NCBI GenBank assembly: GCA_045656865.1
Contig: JAZOSB010000053.1
Span: 8,074 to 72,073, forward strand
Direction: 5' to 3'
DNA length: 64,000 bases
Origin: Clostridia bacterium
GTDB taxonomy: Bacteria; Bacillota; Clostridia; UMGS1883
Below the pieces are notes generated by a model that ran no database searches, was not told the DNA's origin, and worked only from the letters and a program-made list of their open reading frames with translations. This document shows, piece by piece, positions 23,631 through 33,859 of this stretch; the first letter of the stretch is position 1; each line of letters starts with the position of its first letter. The translations under genes were made by a program, and so were the position numbers.

Positions 23631-24924
23631 ATTTCACCATTTCATAGATTAACTTCTGTTCTATTGGTTTTTCATCGCTTATCTCCACCACTTCCAAATA
23701 ATCTCTTTCCGCAGTAAAAACTGCATCGTTTTTATTTGTATAAAGTTTTGCAATTACTTCACCTTTTTTCACTCTGTCCCCCGTTTTCTTAATCAGGATA
23801 ATTCCTGCGGTATGGTCGATTTTATCATCTTTGGTTTTTCTGCCACCACCTAAATCCACACAGATGCTTCCTATTTTTTCCGCATCCATTTTTGAGATAA
23901 AGCCGTCTTTTTCCGCTTTCACCTCATATTCAACCGCGGCTTTTTTAAATAGAGAATAATCGTCAACAATTCTTCCGTCACCGCCCTGTTCTTCTATCCA
24001 TTCTCTGAATTTTTTGAGGGCTGTGCCGTTTTCTATTGTTCCATAAGCTCCTGAAAGAGCTTTTTCCTCATCAATTCCCGTTGCCATTGATGCCATATGT
24101 GCCGCAAGGTTGCAGCAAATATCCAAAAGGTTTTTGTCACTGTTACCTTTCAGTATTTCGATAGCTTCAATAACTTCAAGAGAGTTCCCCACGGCATTAC
24201 CAAGCGGAATATCCATATTGGTAAGAATCGCCCGAACATTTCTGCCTGATGCCTTTCCAATGTCCACCATAGCATTTGCCAATGCCCGTGCTTCCTCAAT
24301 GCTTTTCATAAAAGCACCGCTTCCCACTTTGACATCAAGGACAATATTCTGCGCCCCCGAAGCAAGCTTTTTGCTCATAATACTTGACGCTATCAGGGGG
24401 ATGCTTTCAACCGTTCCCGTAACATCACGGAGAGCATAAATTTTCTTATCGGCAGGGACAAGATTTCCGCTTTGCGAAGCAAGGGCAATTCCAACTTTCT
24501 TTGTCTGTTCAATAAGTATATCGGGAGATATTGCCGTTTCATACCCTGGAATTGACTCCAGCTTATCAACCGTTCCGCCCGTATGTCCAAGTCCGTGTCC
24601 CGACATCTTGGCAACCTTACACCCCAGCACCGCGGCAATAGGCAAAACTATCAGTGAGGTTTTGTCCCCTACTCCCCCCGTGCTGTGCTTATCTGCAGAC
24701 AGTTTTCCAAGCCCCTTCAAATCCACTTGGTCACCGGACTGCGCCATGGCAATTGTCAAATCGCTCGTTTCACGCGAGGTCATACCCTTAATACATATTG
24801 CCATAAGTAGTGCTGATGCCTGATAATCGGGGGTTTTTCCCTCTGTGTATTCATTTACAAATCTTGTTATTTCTTCCTGCAACAGCTCGTGTCCGTCACG
24901 CTTTTTTCTTATGATACTATACAT
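23629..24924 (-). CDS. pdp: Pyrimidine-nucleoside (thymidine) phosphorylase
   Basis: MYSIIRKKRDGHELLQEEI N-terminus and the SADKHSTGGVGDKTSL motif. The ORF also extends to a GTG at 24933, overlapping the cdd stop. Confidence 0.93.
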   Translation of the reverse strand: MYSIIRKKRDGHELLQEEITRFVNEYTEGKTPDYQASALLMAICIKGMTSRETSDLTIAMAQSGDQVDLKGLGKLSADKHSTGGVGDKTSLIVLPIAAVLGCKVAKMSGHGLGHTGGTVDKLESIPGYETAISPDILIEQTKKVGIALASQSGNLVPADKKIYALRDVTGTVESIPLIASSIMSKKLASGAQNIVLDVKVGSGAFMKSIEEARALANAMVDIGKASGRNVRAILTNMDIPLGNAVGNSLEVIEAIEILKGNSDKNLLDICCNLAAHMASMATGIDEEKALSGAYGTIENGTALKKFREWIEEQGGDGRIVDDYSLFKKAAVEYEVKAEKDGFISKMDAEKIGSICVDLGGGRKTKDDKIDHTAGIILIKKTGDRVKKGEVIAKLYTNKNDAVFTAERDYLEVVEISDEKPIEQKLIYEMVK

Positions 24925-24929
24925 TATTT

Positions 24930-25325
24930 TCACCCCAGAGAGAAAGCATCAGGCAGAAGCTCACCCAATGTATATGTTTTAATTTCCACACCGTTGTAGA
25001 GATAAATTTTAAAATTTTTGTCGCAAAACTCACTCATCACCTGACGGCAAACTCCGCAGGGAGAACAATAATTTTCAACTCTTCCTTTTTTTCCGCCAAC
25101 AACGGCAATTGCCGAAAACTGTCTTTCCCCGTTTTTTACGGCAGAGAAAAATGCAGTTCTTTCAGCACAGTTTGTTGCTGAGTATGATGAATTTTCTATA
25201 TTACATCCCGTGTAAACTTTACCTTTTTTAGTAAGAAGTGCGGCACCTACACAAAATTCCGAATATGGTGAATATGCGTTTTTCATAGCCGCCATTGCGT
25301 TTCCGATAAGTTCTTCTTTTCGCAT
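24930..25325 (-). CDS. cdd: Cytidine deaminase
   Basis: Zinc-binding motifs CAERTAFF and PCGVCRQVM. ATG 25325 lies 6 nt after GGAGGTG. Confidence 0.93.
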   Translation of the reverse strand: MRKEELIGNAMAAMKNAYSPYSEFCVGAALLTKKGKVYTGCNIENSSYSATNCAERTAFFSAVKNGERQFSAIAVVGGKKGRVENYCSPCGVCRQVMSEFCDKNFKIYLYNGVEIKTYTLGELLPDAFSLG

Positions 25326-25471
25326 AAAGTTCACCTCCTAATCTAAGTATATAATTGACATTGCCGAAAATCAACCTTTTCGATAAATCTTCCTACTTTT
25401 TTATTGAATTTTTACCGAAATTATGGTAAACTATATAATGAATTATTATGTACTAACAGAAGGGTTTAATT

Positions 25472-26473
25472 ATGTATTACGAAGAACTTCGCAGTGCAAT
25501 TAAAGAACGGAAAATTGCCCCTCTCTACATTTTCGAGGGACCGGAGGAATACCTTATTGATTTCTGTATCGGAGAGCTTAAGAAAGCTCTTGTAGAAGAA
25601 TGGTCCGAGATGATGAATTATCAGAGCCATACGGAGCTCCCCCCAGTAAACGAGGCAGGAGATTTTATGGAAACCCTCCCGGTGATGAGTGAGCGAAAAC
25701 TGATTGTTTTCCGCAAGTGCGGTCTTTTTGAGGGGAATATTAAAAACAAGGCTGAGTGGGAAAATATCCTCTCCAATGTTGCCCCCTACAACTGTGTTGT
25801 AATATGGGAAAAGCAACCTGAAAAGGGAAAGAAACAAAATACTGTCAGGAAAGCTGCTGAAAAAGGCGGTGCGGTGGTGGTTGAATTTCCGCTTCGTACT
25901 GAGGGCGCTCTTCGCAGTTGGATTAACAAGATTGCGGCATCAAACGGAAAAACCATTGATATGAAATGTGCCTCATATCTGATAAATTCCCTTGAGAGAG
26001 ATATGCGAACCATTAAGACGGAGTTTGAGAAAATCATTGCATTTTCAAAGGAAACTCAGATTACAAAAGAGGATATTGACAAGGTTATAATAAAGCCTGC
26101 TTCCGAAAATGTATATGCACTTATTGATGCTATTTTCGACGGCAGGAGGGAGATTTGCTACAATTTACTCTACACCCTCAGGTCGCTTAAGCAGGAGCCT
26201 GTGTCAATACTGACACTTCTTTCAAATCAGCTTATCACCATATACAGGGCGAAGCTGTATCTTCTGGACGGAATGAGTCACCGTGATACGGTTTCTAAGC
26301 TTGGCGGTGGTTTCCCTGCAGAAAAGTGTACACAAAAAGCTGAAAAGCTGAAGATAGAAAATATAGAGACCCTGATTTCTCTTTGTCAGGGATGTGATAT
26401 GAAGACAAAGAACGGACTTTTAGGCGGCTGGGCGGCACTTGAAACAATAGTTGCCGAATACCGGTTTTATTAA
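25472..26473 (+). CDS. holA: DNA polymerase III delta subunit
   Basis: 333 aa. N-terminal block APLYIFEGPEEYLID and a C-terminal helical domain typical of HolA. This is a weaker, length- and pattern-based call. Confidence 0.7.
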   Translation: MYYEELRSAIKERKIAPLYIFEGPEEYLIDFCIGELKKALVEEWSEMMNYQSHTELPPVNEAGDFMETLPVMSERKLIVFRKCGLFEGNIKNKAEWENILSNVAPYNCVVIWEKQPEKGKKQNTVRKAAEKGGAVVVEFPLRTEGALRSWINKIAASNGKTIDMKCASYLINSLERDMRTIKTEFEKIIAFSKETQITKEDIDKVIIKPASENVYALIDAIFDGRREICYNLLYTLRSLKQEPVSILTLLSNQLITIYRAKLYLLDGMSHRDTVSKLGGGFPAEKCTQKAEKLKIENIETLISLCQGCDMKTKNGLLGGWAALETIVAEYRFY

Positions 26474-26490
26474 AAGAAAGGAAGATAATT

Positions 26491-27858
26491 ATGAAATACG
26501 AGCTTAAAAACGGCTGGGCAAAAGATATTGACAAGGAAATAGTTTTTAAATTTTCCGAGGGATACAAGGACTTTTTAACACAGTGTAAGACAGAAAGAGA
26601 GTCTGTCAGGGAAACTGTCCGACTTGCGGAGGAATGCGGATTTAAGCCCCTTGAATCCTTTGACACGCTCAAAGAAGGTGACAAGGTGTATGCCGTAAAC
26701 AAGCTCCGCAGTGTTATGCTTGCCGTTATAGGAAGCGAAAAGCTTACGGATGGTGTTAACATTGTGGGTGCACACATTGATGCACCCCGTCTTGACCTCA
26801 AGCCCAACCCTCTTTACGAGGACGGTGAAATGGCGTTCCTCAAGACACATTACTACGGTGGTATCAAAAAATATCAGTGGAGTGCAATTCCCCTTGCACT
26901 TCACGGTGTAGTTATTACAAAAGACGGTGAAACCGTAAACATCCGCATCGGTGATGAAAATGACGATGTGACATTCGTTATTACTGACCTGCTTCCCCAC
27001 CTTGCACAGGAGCAGATGAAAAAATCCGCTTCCGAAATTATTGAGGGCGAACAGCTTAATATCCTTATCGGGGCAATGCCATCTTCTGACGAAGAAAAGG
27101 AAGCAGTAAAGGAAAACATTCTTGCAATCCTCAATGAAAAATACGGCATCTGCGAGGAGGATTTCTTAAGTGCGGAGCTTCAGATAGTTCCTGCTGCAAA
27201 CGCAAAGGATGTAGGCTTTGACAGAAGCCTTATCGGTTCGTATGCACACGACGACAGGGTGTGTGCATACCCCTCACTTATGGCAATTTTCACTACCGAG
27301 GCTTGCGACAAGACTGCCGTTTGCATCCTCACCGACAAGGAAGAAGTCGGCAGTATGGGCAATACTGGTGCAAAGAGTGACTTTATGAAGCTTGTGCTTC
27401 TTGAAATGATGGATAAATCAGGCGAAGGTGCAACAGAGCTGAATTTACTCCGTTGTCTTGACAGAAGCTATTGTTTAAGTGCTGACGTAAATGCGGCATT
27501 CGACCCCAACTTCCCCTCCCCCTACGAAAAACGCAACTCGGGAAAGCTTAACTACGGCGTTGCCATTTCAAAATACACAGGCGCAAGAGGAAAAAGCGGT
27601 TCTTCCGATGCTTCTGCGGAGCTTATGGGAAAAATCCGTACTTTGTTTAATGACAATGGTGTTCTGTGGCACGTTTCTGAGCTTGGCAAGGTTGATGCAG
27701 GCGGCGGCGGTACAATTGCGCAGTATGTTGCAAACCTTGGCGTTGAAACCGTTGACTGCGGTGTGCCGATTTTAAGTATGCACGCACCTTTTGAGGTTGC
27801 TTCCAAGCTTGATGTATATATGGCATATAAAGCATTCCACGTATTCTTTAATAACTGA
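26491..27858 (+). CDS. M18-family aminopeptidase
   Basis: AHIDAPRLDLKPNP, GSYAHDDRVCAY, DKEEVGSMG and ILSMHAPFE metal-ligand blocks; 455 aa. Confidence 0.85.
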   Translation: MKYELKNGWAKDIDKEIVFKFSEGYKDFLTQCKTERESVRETVRLAEECGFKPLESFDTLKEGDKVYAVNKLRSVMLAVIGSEKLTDGVNIVGAHIDAPRLDLKPNPLYEDGEMAFLKTHYYGGIKKYQWSAIPLALHGVVITKDGETVNIRIGDENDDVTFVITDLLPHLAQEQMKKSASEIIEGEQLNILIGAMPSSDEEKEAVKENILAILNEKYGICEEDFLSAELQIVPAANAKDVGFDRSLIGSYAHDDRVCAYPSLMAIFTTEACDKTAVCILTDKEEVGSMGNTGAKSDFMKLVLLEMMDKSGEGATELNLLRCLDRSYCLSADVNAAFDPNFPSPYEKRNSGKLNYGVAISKYTGARGKSGSSDASAELMGKIRTLFNDNGVLWHVSELGKVDAGGGGTIAQYVANLGVETVDCGVPILSMHAPFEVASKLDVYMAYKAFHVFFNN

Positions 27859-27868
27859 GGTATTTGCT

Positions 27869-28117
27869 ATGAGAATAGATAAGTTTTTAAAGGTTTCCAG
27901 AATTATAAAACGCCGTACCGTGGCAAATGAGGCCTGTGATGCAGGCAGAGTCAGCATTAACGGTAAGGTATGCAAAGCAAGTGCTGAAATAAAATGCGGT
28001 GACATTGTGGAAATCAGATTCGGGGAAAGACTGATTAAGGTACGCATTGAGGATATTAAGGAGCATACCCTTAAAAATGATGCGGCATCCCTTTACACCG
28101 TACTTGATAACAACTAA
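27869..28117 (+). CDS. S4-domain RNA-binding protein (Hsp15/YabO-RqcP-like)
   Basis: 82 aa from an internal ATG: MRIDKFLKVSRIIKRRTVANEACDAGRVSINGKV..., a canonical S4 fold signature. Confidence 0.7.
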   Translation: MRIDKFLKVSRIIKRRTVANEACDAGRVSINGKVCKASAEIKCGDIVEIRFGERLIKVRIEDIKEHTLKNDAASLYTVLDNN

Positions 28118-28130
28118 GAGGTGACATTAC

Positions 28131-28676
28131 TTGAAAAAATTATGGGAACTTTTTTCCGCTTTCTTCAGAATAGGTGCATTCACCTTTGGCGGAGGGTATG
28201 CAATGCTCTCCCTTATTCAGAGAGAAGTGGTTGACAACAAAAAATGGGCAACTGACGAGGAAGTGCTTGACTACTACGCCGTAGCACAATGCACTCCAGG
28301 TGTTATTGCCGTAAATACGGCAACCTTTGTAGGTTATAAGCAGAAAGGTATCTTGGGAGGCATTGTGGCAACCTTTGGTGTTGTGCTTCCGTCACTTATT
28401 ATAATTACGGCAATTGCCTCTGTACTGCAAAATTTTATGGAATATGAGATTGTACAGCACATTTTCGGTGGAATCCGTGTTGCGGTTGCTGTCCTCATTG
28501 TCAATGCCGTTATAACAATGGGTAAAAAATCAGTAAAGGATGTACTCTGTGCCACTCTGGCGGTTTTATCCTTTACGGTATCAATGATATTTCCCGATTT
28601 GTCCCCTGTATTTGTGGTACTCGCTGCAGCACTTGTGGGGCTTGTTACAATGAAGAGAGGGGGAAATAAAGCATGA
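28131..28676 (+). CDS. chrA: Chromate transporter family protein (short-chain CHR, subunit 1)
   Basis: TTG start; FGGGYAML motif; polytopic membrane protein. Confidence 0.8.
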   Translation: MKKLWELFSAFFRIGAFTFGGGYAMLSLIQREVVDNKKWATDEEVLDYYAVAQCTPGVIAVNTATFVGYKQKGILGGIVATFGVVLPSLIIITAIASVLQNFMEYEIVQHIFGGIRVAVAVLIVNAVITMGKKSVKDVLCATLAVLSFTVSMIFPDLSPVFVVLAAALVGLVTMKRGGNKA

Positions 28677-29257
28677 TTTTTCTATATCTCTTCATTGAAT
28701 TTTTCAAGACAGGACTCTTCTCAATCGGCGGCGGGCTTGCAACAATCCCTTTCCTTACTGCAATGGGCGAAAAATGGGATTGGTTTACAAACGAAACTCT
28801 AGGCAATATGATTGCCGTGGGCGAATCTACCCCCGGTCCTATCGGTGTAAATATGGCAACGTATGTAGGTTACACCGTGGGTATGAAAGAGTACGGCATA
28901 TGGGGAGCATTTGCAGGTGGATTCATTGCCACCTTTGGTTTGGTCCTGCCGTCTGTTATAATTATCCTAATAGTCGCAAGAATACTCAGGGCATTCAAGG
29001 AAAACAAGCTTGTAGAAAGGTGCTTTTACTCCATCCGCCCTGCCGTAACAGGTATGATTGCAACTGCGGCGGTTATGATGATAAAAAGCGGAATTTTCAC
29101 AAGAAACGGCAATAATATACTTGAAATGATTGATATAAAGGCACTTATCCTTTTTGCAGTGCTTTTGGTATGCACCAATAAAATCAAACTGCACCCGATA
29201 TTCTATATAGTTATTGCAGGGGTTATCGGTGCAATATTTAAGATGGGAGCAATATAA
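28673..29257 (+). CDS. chrA: Chromate transporter family protein (short-chain CHR, subunit 2)
   Basis: SIGGGLATIPF motif; 4-nt overlap with the preceding paralogue. Confidence 0.8.
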   Translation: MIFLYLFIEFFKTGLFSIGGGLATIPFLTAMGEKWDWFTNETLGNMIAVGESTPGPIGVNMATYVGYTVGMKEYGIWGAFAGGFIATFGLVLPSVIIILIVARILRAFKENKLVERCFYSIRPAVTGMIATAAVMMIKSGIFTRNGNNILEMIDIKALILFAVLLVCTNKIKLHPIFYIVIAGVIGAIFKMGAI

Positions 29258-31401
29258 TGGATATTTTAAAACAGCTCTGTCTGGAATTAAAAACCGACGA
29301 AGCAAAAACACAAAACGTAATAAACCTTTTAGACGAGGGAAACACGATTCCCTTTATTGCCCGTTACCGTAAGGAGCTTACGGGCAATATGGACGACCAG
29401 CTCATAAGAAGTATTTCCGACAGGCTGGCGGCACTTCGTGCTATTGAGGAAAGAAAAGCCGAGGTTATAAGGCTGATTGACGAGCAGGGCAAACTCACTG
29501 ACGAAATTACTGCAGCCGTGGAAAATGCTAAAACTCTTACCGAGCTTGAAGACATTTACCGTCCCTACCGCCCCAAGAGAAAAACACGTGCAAGCGTTGC
29601 CCGTGAAAAGGGGCTTGAACCTCTTGCAGTTCTCATCATAGGTCAGGAATTTGCAGGAGATATTTTTGAGGAAGCGTCTAAATACATAGACGAGGAAAAA
29701 GGCGTTTCTTCCGTAGAGGATGCAATAAACGGTGCAAAGGACATCATTGCAGAGGATGTTTCCGATAATGCTGACTACAGAAAAAATATCCGCAGGCTGA
29801 CCTTCTTGAACGGTGTTATTGCGAGTAAGCAGGGCAAGGGAGAAAATAGCGTATATCAGATGTACTACGAATTTTCCGAGCCTGTAAAGGCAGTTGCCGA
29901 CCACAGAATCCTTGCAATGGACCGCGGTGAAAAGGAAGATATATTAAGCGTAAAAATAGATGTTGACAGCGAAATTATTACAAGCTACCTTTTTAAGGAG
30001 CTTATTATAAAAGACGGCACACAGCTTTCTGACCTTGTGAAAGAAGCAATTGAGGACAGCTACAAGCGTCTTATTGCACCGTCAATTGAAAATGAAATCC
30101 GTTCCGACCTTACCGAAAGGGCGCAAAACGGTGCAATCTCCCTTTTTAGTGTAAATCTCAAAAATCTTCTTATGACTCCACCTGTTAAGGGACACATTGT
30201 ACTTGGTGTTGACCCTGGTTACAGAACAGGTTGTAAGCTAGCAGTTGTAGACTCCACCGGTAAGGTTCTTGAAACAGGTGTTGGTTATTTCACCCTTGAG
30301 CATCACGACCTTGAAAAAGCAAAGAAGCAGGTCAGTGGGATGATTGAAAGGAACTCCGTTACTCTTGTTTCTATCGGTAACGGTACTGCAACGGGCGAAA
30401 GCGAAAAGTTTATTGCCTCCCTTATTGGTGAGCTTGATCGCCCCGTAAAATATATGGTAGTTTCTGAGGCAGGTGCATCTGTTTACAGTGCGAGTGAGCT
30501 TGGTGCAAAGGAATTTCCCGACTACGACGTATCTCTCCGCAGTGCGGTTTCAATTGCAAGAAGGCTTCAGGACCCCCTTGCAGAGCTTGTTAAGATTGAC
30601 CCGCGCTCAATCGGTGTCGGTCAGTATCAGCACGACTGCAATCAGAAGAAGCTGTCGGGTGCACTCGGCGGTGTTGTTGAAGACTGCGTAAATAATGTAG
30701 GCGTTGACCTTAACACGGCATCTGCATCTCTTCTCAGCTATATTTCAGGCATTTCCTCTGCCGTAGCAAAAAACATTGTTGCATACCGCGAGGAAAACGG
30801 CTCATTCACCAAAAGACGCGAGCTTTTGAAAGTAAGCAAGCTTGGTGAAAAAGCGTTTGTACAATGTGCAGGCTTTATGCGTATTCCCGACGGAAAGGAA
30901 TTTCTGGATAACACCTCCGTTCACCCCGAAAGCTATGATGCGGCAAGGGCACTTATTGAAAAGTGTGGTTACACGAACGATGAAATTAAAAAGAGTAGTT
31001 TTCCCGACATATTGACCCGTGTGACAAAGGACATTGCAGAAGCAATCTGCAAGCAGTTTGATATCGGTATGTTTACTCTCCGTGACATTTGTGACACCCT
31101 TGCAAAGCCGGGCAGAGATATGCGTGACGAACTTCCCAAGCCACTCCTCAGAAGCGGTTGTATGTCCCTTGAGGAGCTTACTACGGGAATGATTCTTGAC
31201 GGTACCGTAAGAAATGTTATTGACTTTGGTGCGTTTGTGGATATTGGTGTTCATCAGGACGGACTTGTTCACATATCACAGATTTCCGATAAATTTATAA
31301 AGCACCCCACCGATGTGCTTAGCGTAGGAGATATTGTAAAGGTAAAAATCCTTGATGTTGACAAGGAGAAAAAGAGAATTTCCCTTACAATGAAGCTTTA
31401 A
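29257..31401 (+). CDS. tex: Tex-like transcription accessory protein (YqgF + HhH + S1 domains)
   Basis: IPFIARYRKE N-terminal motif, YqgF block GVDPGYRTGCKLAVVD and C-terminal S1 GTVRNVIDFGAFVDIGVHQDGLVHISQIS. Confidence 0.93.
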   Translation: MDILKQLCLELKTDEAKTQNVINLLDEGNTIPFIARYRKELTGNMDDQLIRSISDRLAALRAIEERKAEVIRLIDEQGKLTDEITAAVENAKTLTELEDIYRPYRPKRKTRASVAREKGLEPLAVLIIGQEFAGDIFEEASKYIDEEKGVSSVEDAINGAKDIIAEDVSDNADYRKNIRRLTFLNGVIASKQGKGENSVYQMYYEFSEPVKAVADHRILAMDRGEKEDILSVKIDVDSEIITSYLFKELIIKDGTQLSDLVKEAIEDSYKRLIAPSIENEIRSDLTERAQNGAISLFSVNLKNLLMTPPVKGHIVLGVDPGYRTGCKLAVVDSTGKVLETGVGYFTLEHHDLEKAKKQVSGMIERNSVTLVSIGNGTATGESEKFIASLIGELDRPVKYMVVSEAGASVYSASELGAKEFPDYDVSLRSAVSIARRLQDPLAELVKIDPRSIGVGQYQHDCNQKKLSGALGGVVEDCVNNVGVDLNTASASLLSYISGISSAVAKNIVAYREENGSFTKRRELLKVSKLGEKAFVQCAGFMRIPDGKEFLDNTSVHPESYDAARALIEKCGYTNDEIKKSSFPDILTRVTKDIAEAICKQFDIGMFTLRDICDTLAKPGRDMRDELPKPLLRSGCMSLEELTTGMILDGTVRNVIDFGAFVDIGVHQDGLVHISQISDKFIKHPTDVLSVGDIVKVKILDVDKEKKRISLTMKL

Positions 31402-31405
31402 AGTT

Positions 31406-31441
31406 AAAAAAGTTGTGCATCTTATTGATGCACAACTTTTT
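31406..31441. terminator. Bidirectional terminator between the convergent tex and ftsZ-side operons
   Basis: AAAAA-AGTTGTGCATC-ttatt-GATGCACAACT-TTTT. Confidence 0.85.
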
Positions 31442-31449
31442 GTTTATTC

Positions 31450-31842
31450 TTAGTCGATAGGTTCTGTTTCAGATTCGTCGTACTCGCTCTGTCCGTCATA
31501 AACGTCTGCATCAAGTGCCTCGGAATCTTCCGCAGGAACATCCTCAACGCCAACCTCTTCGGTATTTTTTATATCGTCAATTTTCTTGCGGAGAACAGCA
31601 ATCTCTTCCTCGTAAGAATCGATATTTTCGAGCATTTCCTTTATTGCTTCCATAACCTGACCGTCTCTCTTGAAAGCTTTATACGCTTCAAAGCCGATTT
31701 CCTTGTAAAGGTTTTTAACCTTTTTCTGTTTATCGCTTATTTCGAGATTCAGCTTCGCAATGGAATAAAGCTTCTTGCTCTGTTTACTGGAGGTTGTAGC
31801 AACTTCTGAAGCAATTTCTTTAACTTTATCCAAAAATTCCAT
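31450..31842 (-). CDS. Hypothetical coiled-coil protein with an acidic C-terminal tail
   Basis: 130-aa ORF 19 nt downstream of ftsZ with a GGAGGA RBS. The N-terminal two-thirds has heptad-like K/E-rich sequence. The tail reads EEVGVEDVPAEDSEALDADVYDGQSEYDESETEPID. I recognise no family. Confidence 0.7.
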   Translation of the reverse strand: MEFLDKVKEIASEVATTSSKQSKKLYSIAKLNLEISDKQKKVKNLYKEIGFEAYKAFKRDGQVMEAIKEMLENIDSYEEEIAVLRKKIDDIKNTEEVGVEDVPAEDSEALDADVYDGQSEYDESETEPID

Positions 31843-31861
31843 TGAGTTTCCTCCTCATATA

Positions 31862-32905
31862 TTAGTCAAAGCTGGGCTTTGCCAAAAATCCGGGAATTTC
31901 AAGGTCGCCGTCATCTCCGATAGCACCGAAGAATCCGTTGTCCTTATCCTTTTTCTTTCCTTCAAGACCTGTTGCAATAACTGTGATGATGATGTCGTCT
32001 TCAAGGCTTTCATCAATTGCAGCACCAAAGATAACATTTGCATCCTCATCCACGCAGTCACCGATAAGATTTGCAGCTGCATTTGTTTCGTGAAGGTTAA
32101 GGTTAGCACCACCGATAACATTGATGAGCACGCCTGTTGCACCATCAATAGTTGTTTCGAGAAGAGCACTTTCAATAGCCATCTTAGCAGCCTCTTCAGC
32201 ACGGTTTTCACCGCTTGCACGACCGATACCCATATGAGCAAGGCCTGCATCCTTCATAACTGTTGTAACGTCAGCGAAGTCAACATTGATAAGACCTGCA
32301 CCTACGATAAGGTCGGAGATGCCCTGTACACCCTGACGAAGAACTTCGTCAGCATCCTTGAATGCATCAAGAAGGCTTGTCTTATTATTGCTGATATCAA
32401 GAAGTCTGTCATTGGGGATTACAACGAGTGTATCTACATTGCCGCGGAGCTGTTCAACACCCTCCTCAGCCTGAATCATACGTCTTCTACCCTCAAAACC
32501 GAAAGGCTTTGTAACGATAGCAACCGTAAGAACACCGAGTTCCTTTGCAATACCTGCAACAACTGGAGCTGCACCTGTACCTGTTCCGCCGCCCATACCT
32601 GCTGTTACAAATACCATATCTGCATCTTTAAGTACCTGTTCGATTTCTGCACGGCTTTCTTCTGCAGCTTTTCTGCCGATTTCAGCCTTACCGCCTGCAC
32701 CCTGACCTTTTGTAAGCTTATCGCCAATCTGAATCTTCTGGCTGGCATGGCTCTTGGTAAGTGCCTGCTTATCTGAATTTATAGCGATGAATTCAACACC
32801 CTTAATACCTGCTTCTACCATTCGGTTTACAGCATTATTACCGCCGCCGCCTACACCGACAACTTTAATTTTCTGAGCTGCGCCGAGCTCTTCTGCGTAT
32901 TCCAT
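31862..32905 (-). CDS. ftsZ: Cell division GTPase FtsZ
   Basis: [13 protein letters not shown] and [13 protein letters not shown] tubulin signature. ATG 32905 follows GGAGGA; the longer track ORF start has no RBS. Confidence 0.96.
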   Translation of the reverse strand: MEYAEELGAAQKIKVVGVGGGGNNAVNRMVEAGIKGVEFIAINSDKQALTKSHASQKIQIGDKLTKGQGAGGKAEIGRKAAEESRAEIEQVLKDADMVFVTAGMGGGTGTGAAPVVAGIAKELGVLTVAIVTKPFGFEGRRRMIQAEEGVEQLRGNVDTLVVIPNDRLLDISNNKTSLLDAFKDADEVLRQGVQGISDLIVGAGLINVDFADVTTVMKDAGLAHMGIGRASGENRAEEAAKMAIESALLETTIDGATGVLINVIGGANLNLHETNAAANLIGDCVDEDANVIFGAAIDESLEDDIIITVIATGLEGKKKDKDNGFFGAIGDDGDLEIPGFLAKPSFD

Positions 32906-33030
32906 TCTCACCTGAAATCCTCCTCTATAAGTAATATAGCTATAATAAATACAATTATATACTATATAATACACCTAAATGTGCCCAGTTTCAAGAAAAA
33001 TTTTAAATTCTTATTAAATAATTGCGTTTT

Positions 33031-33840
33031 TTAAGGATTTGTGTCTTTATTTTCCGTAACAATCTCCTTTTCACGGTATGTTAGTCTCTCAAGATTTATA
33101 TATCCCGAGGGCATCTCTCCGGCTTTTGTCTTTTCAACGACATAATCATAAATAGGGCCGAAGCACTCCATCTTGTAATCAAGCTTACTTGTATCGCCTA
33201 CCGTGACGCAAAGCTTTTTACTGCTGTAATAGAATTTTATATCGGTTATATCGGTTACATCAATTTCAACCATCTTGTCAATATAACCCGATTTTGTAAA
33301 TTCACCCAGGCACTTTAAAAGAGCATCAAGCTGTCTTTTATCCTCGGCAGTTATGATACTGCCCTCCTTATACTTGACATTTTTAATACCCGTTATCTGC
33401 GGAAGCTCGGGAGTTGAAGAAACTGTATTATTACCGTCGGCGGATGCACCGGAAGAGCTTCTCTTCTCCACGCACCTGCCGTCGGCAGTTATGATAATAT
33501 ATCCGTTTTCTGCAGTCAGATAGGCTACACCAACCTCCTCCACCACAGTTATTATTATTCCCGAGGGGAGGTCACGTTTGATTTTTACACTTTCAACATA
33601 GCCCATTGATTTAACATTATCTCTTGCTTCGCCAAGGTTTACGCTGAAAATATTTACACCCTTGATAAGCCCGCTGGCATTTATTACATCCTGTTCCTTT
33701 AACACCATATTTCCGCGGACCTCAATTTTATCAATGTCAAAACCGGGAGTCAGGAGCATTATAGAAATAATGGAGGCTATCAAAACAACAAGCGTCAGGA
33801 GTGCCAGTTGCTTCTTCTGCCGTCTTTTCATTTTTCTCAC
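33031..33840 (-). CDS. ftsQ: Cell division protein FtsQ/DivIB (TM + POTRA)
   Basis: N-terminal basic stretch and TM segment (LALLTLVVLIASIISIML). POTRA block IDKIEVRGNMVLKEQDVINASGL...VESVKIKRDLPSGIIITVVE. Confidence 0.8.
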   Translation of the reverse strand: MRKMKRRQKKQLALLTLVVLIASIISIMLLTPGFDIDKIEVRGNMVLKEQDVINASGLIKGVNIFSVNLGEARDNVKSMGYVESVKIKRDLPSGIIITVVEEVGVAYLTAENGYIIITADGRCVEKRSSSGASADGNNTVSSTPELPQITGIKNVKYKEGSIITAEDKRQLDALLKCLGEFTKSGYIDKMVEIDVTDITDIKFYYSSKKLCVTVGDTSKLDYKMECFGPIYDYVVEKTKAGEMPSGYINLERLTYREKEIVTENKDTNP

Positions 33841-33859
33841 TGTCTCCCACCTTCTTTCA

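Noticed and set aside
28131-29257. Two adjacent chrA-like ORFs that could be a frameshifted pseudogene
   Set aside because: Each carries its own FGGG/IGGG motif, and the 4-nt overlap is typical of coupled genes. Paired short-chain CHR genes are the normal arrangement for this family.
31775-32776. 333-aa Cys-rich plus-strand ORF
   Set aside because: It is antisense to ftsZ, a shadow ORF produced by the codon bias of a highly expressed gene.
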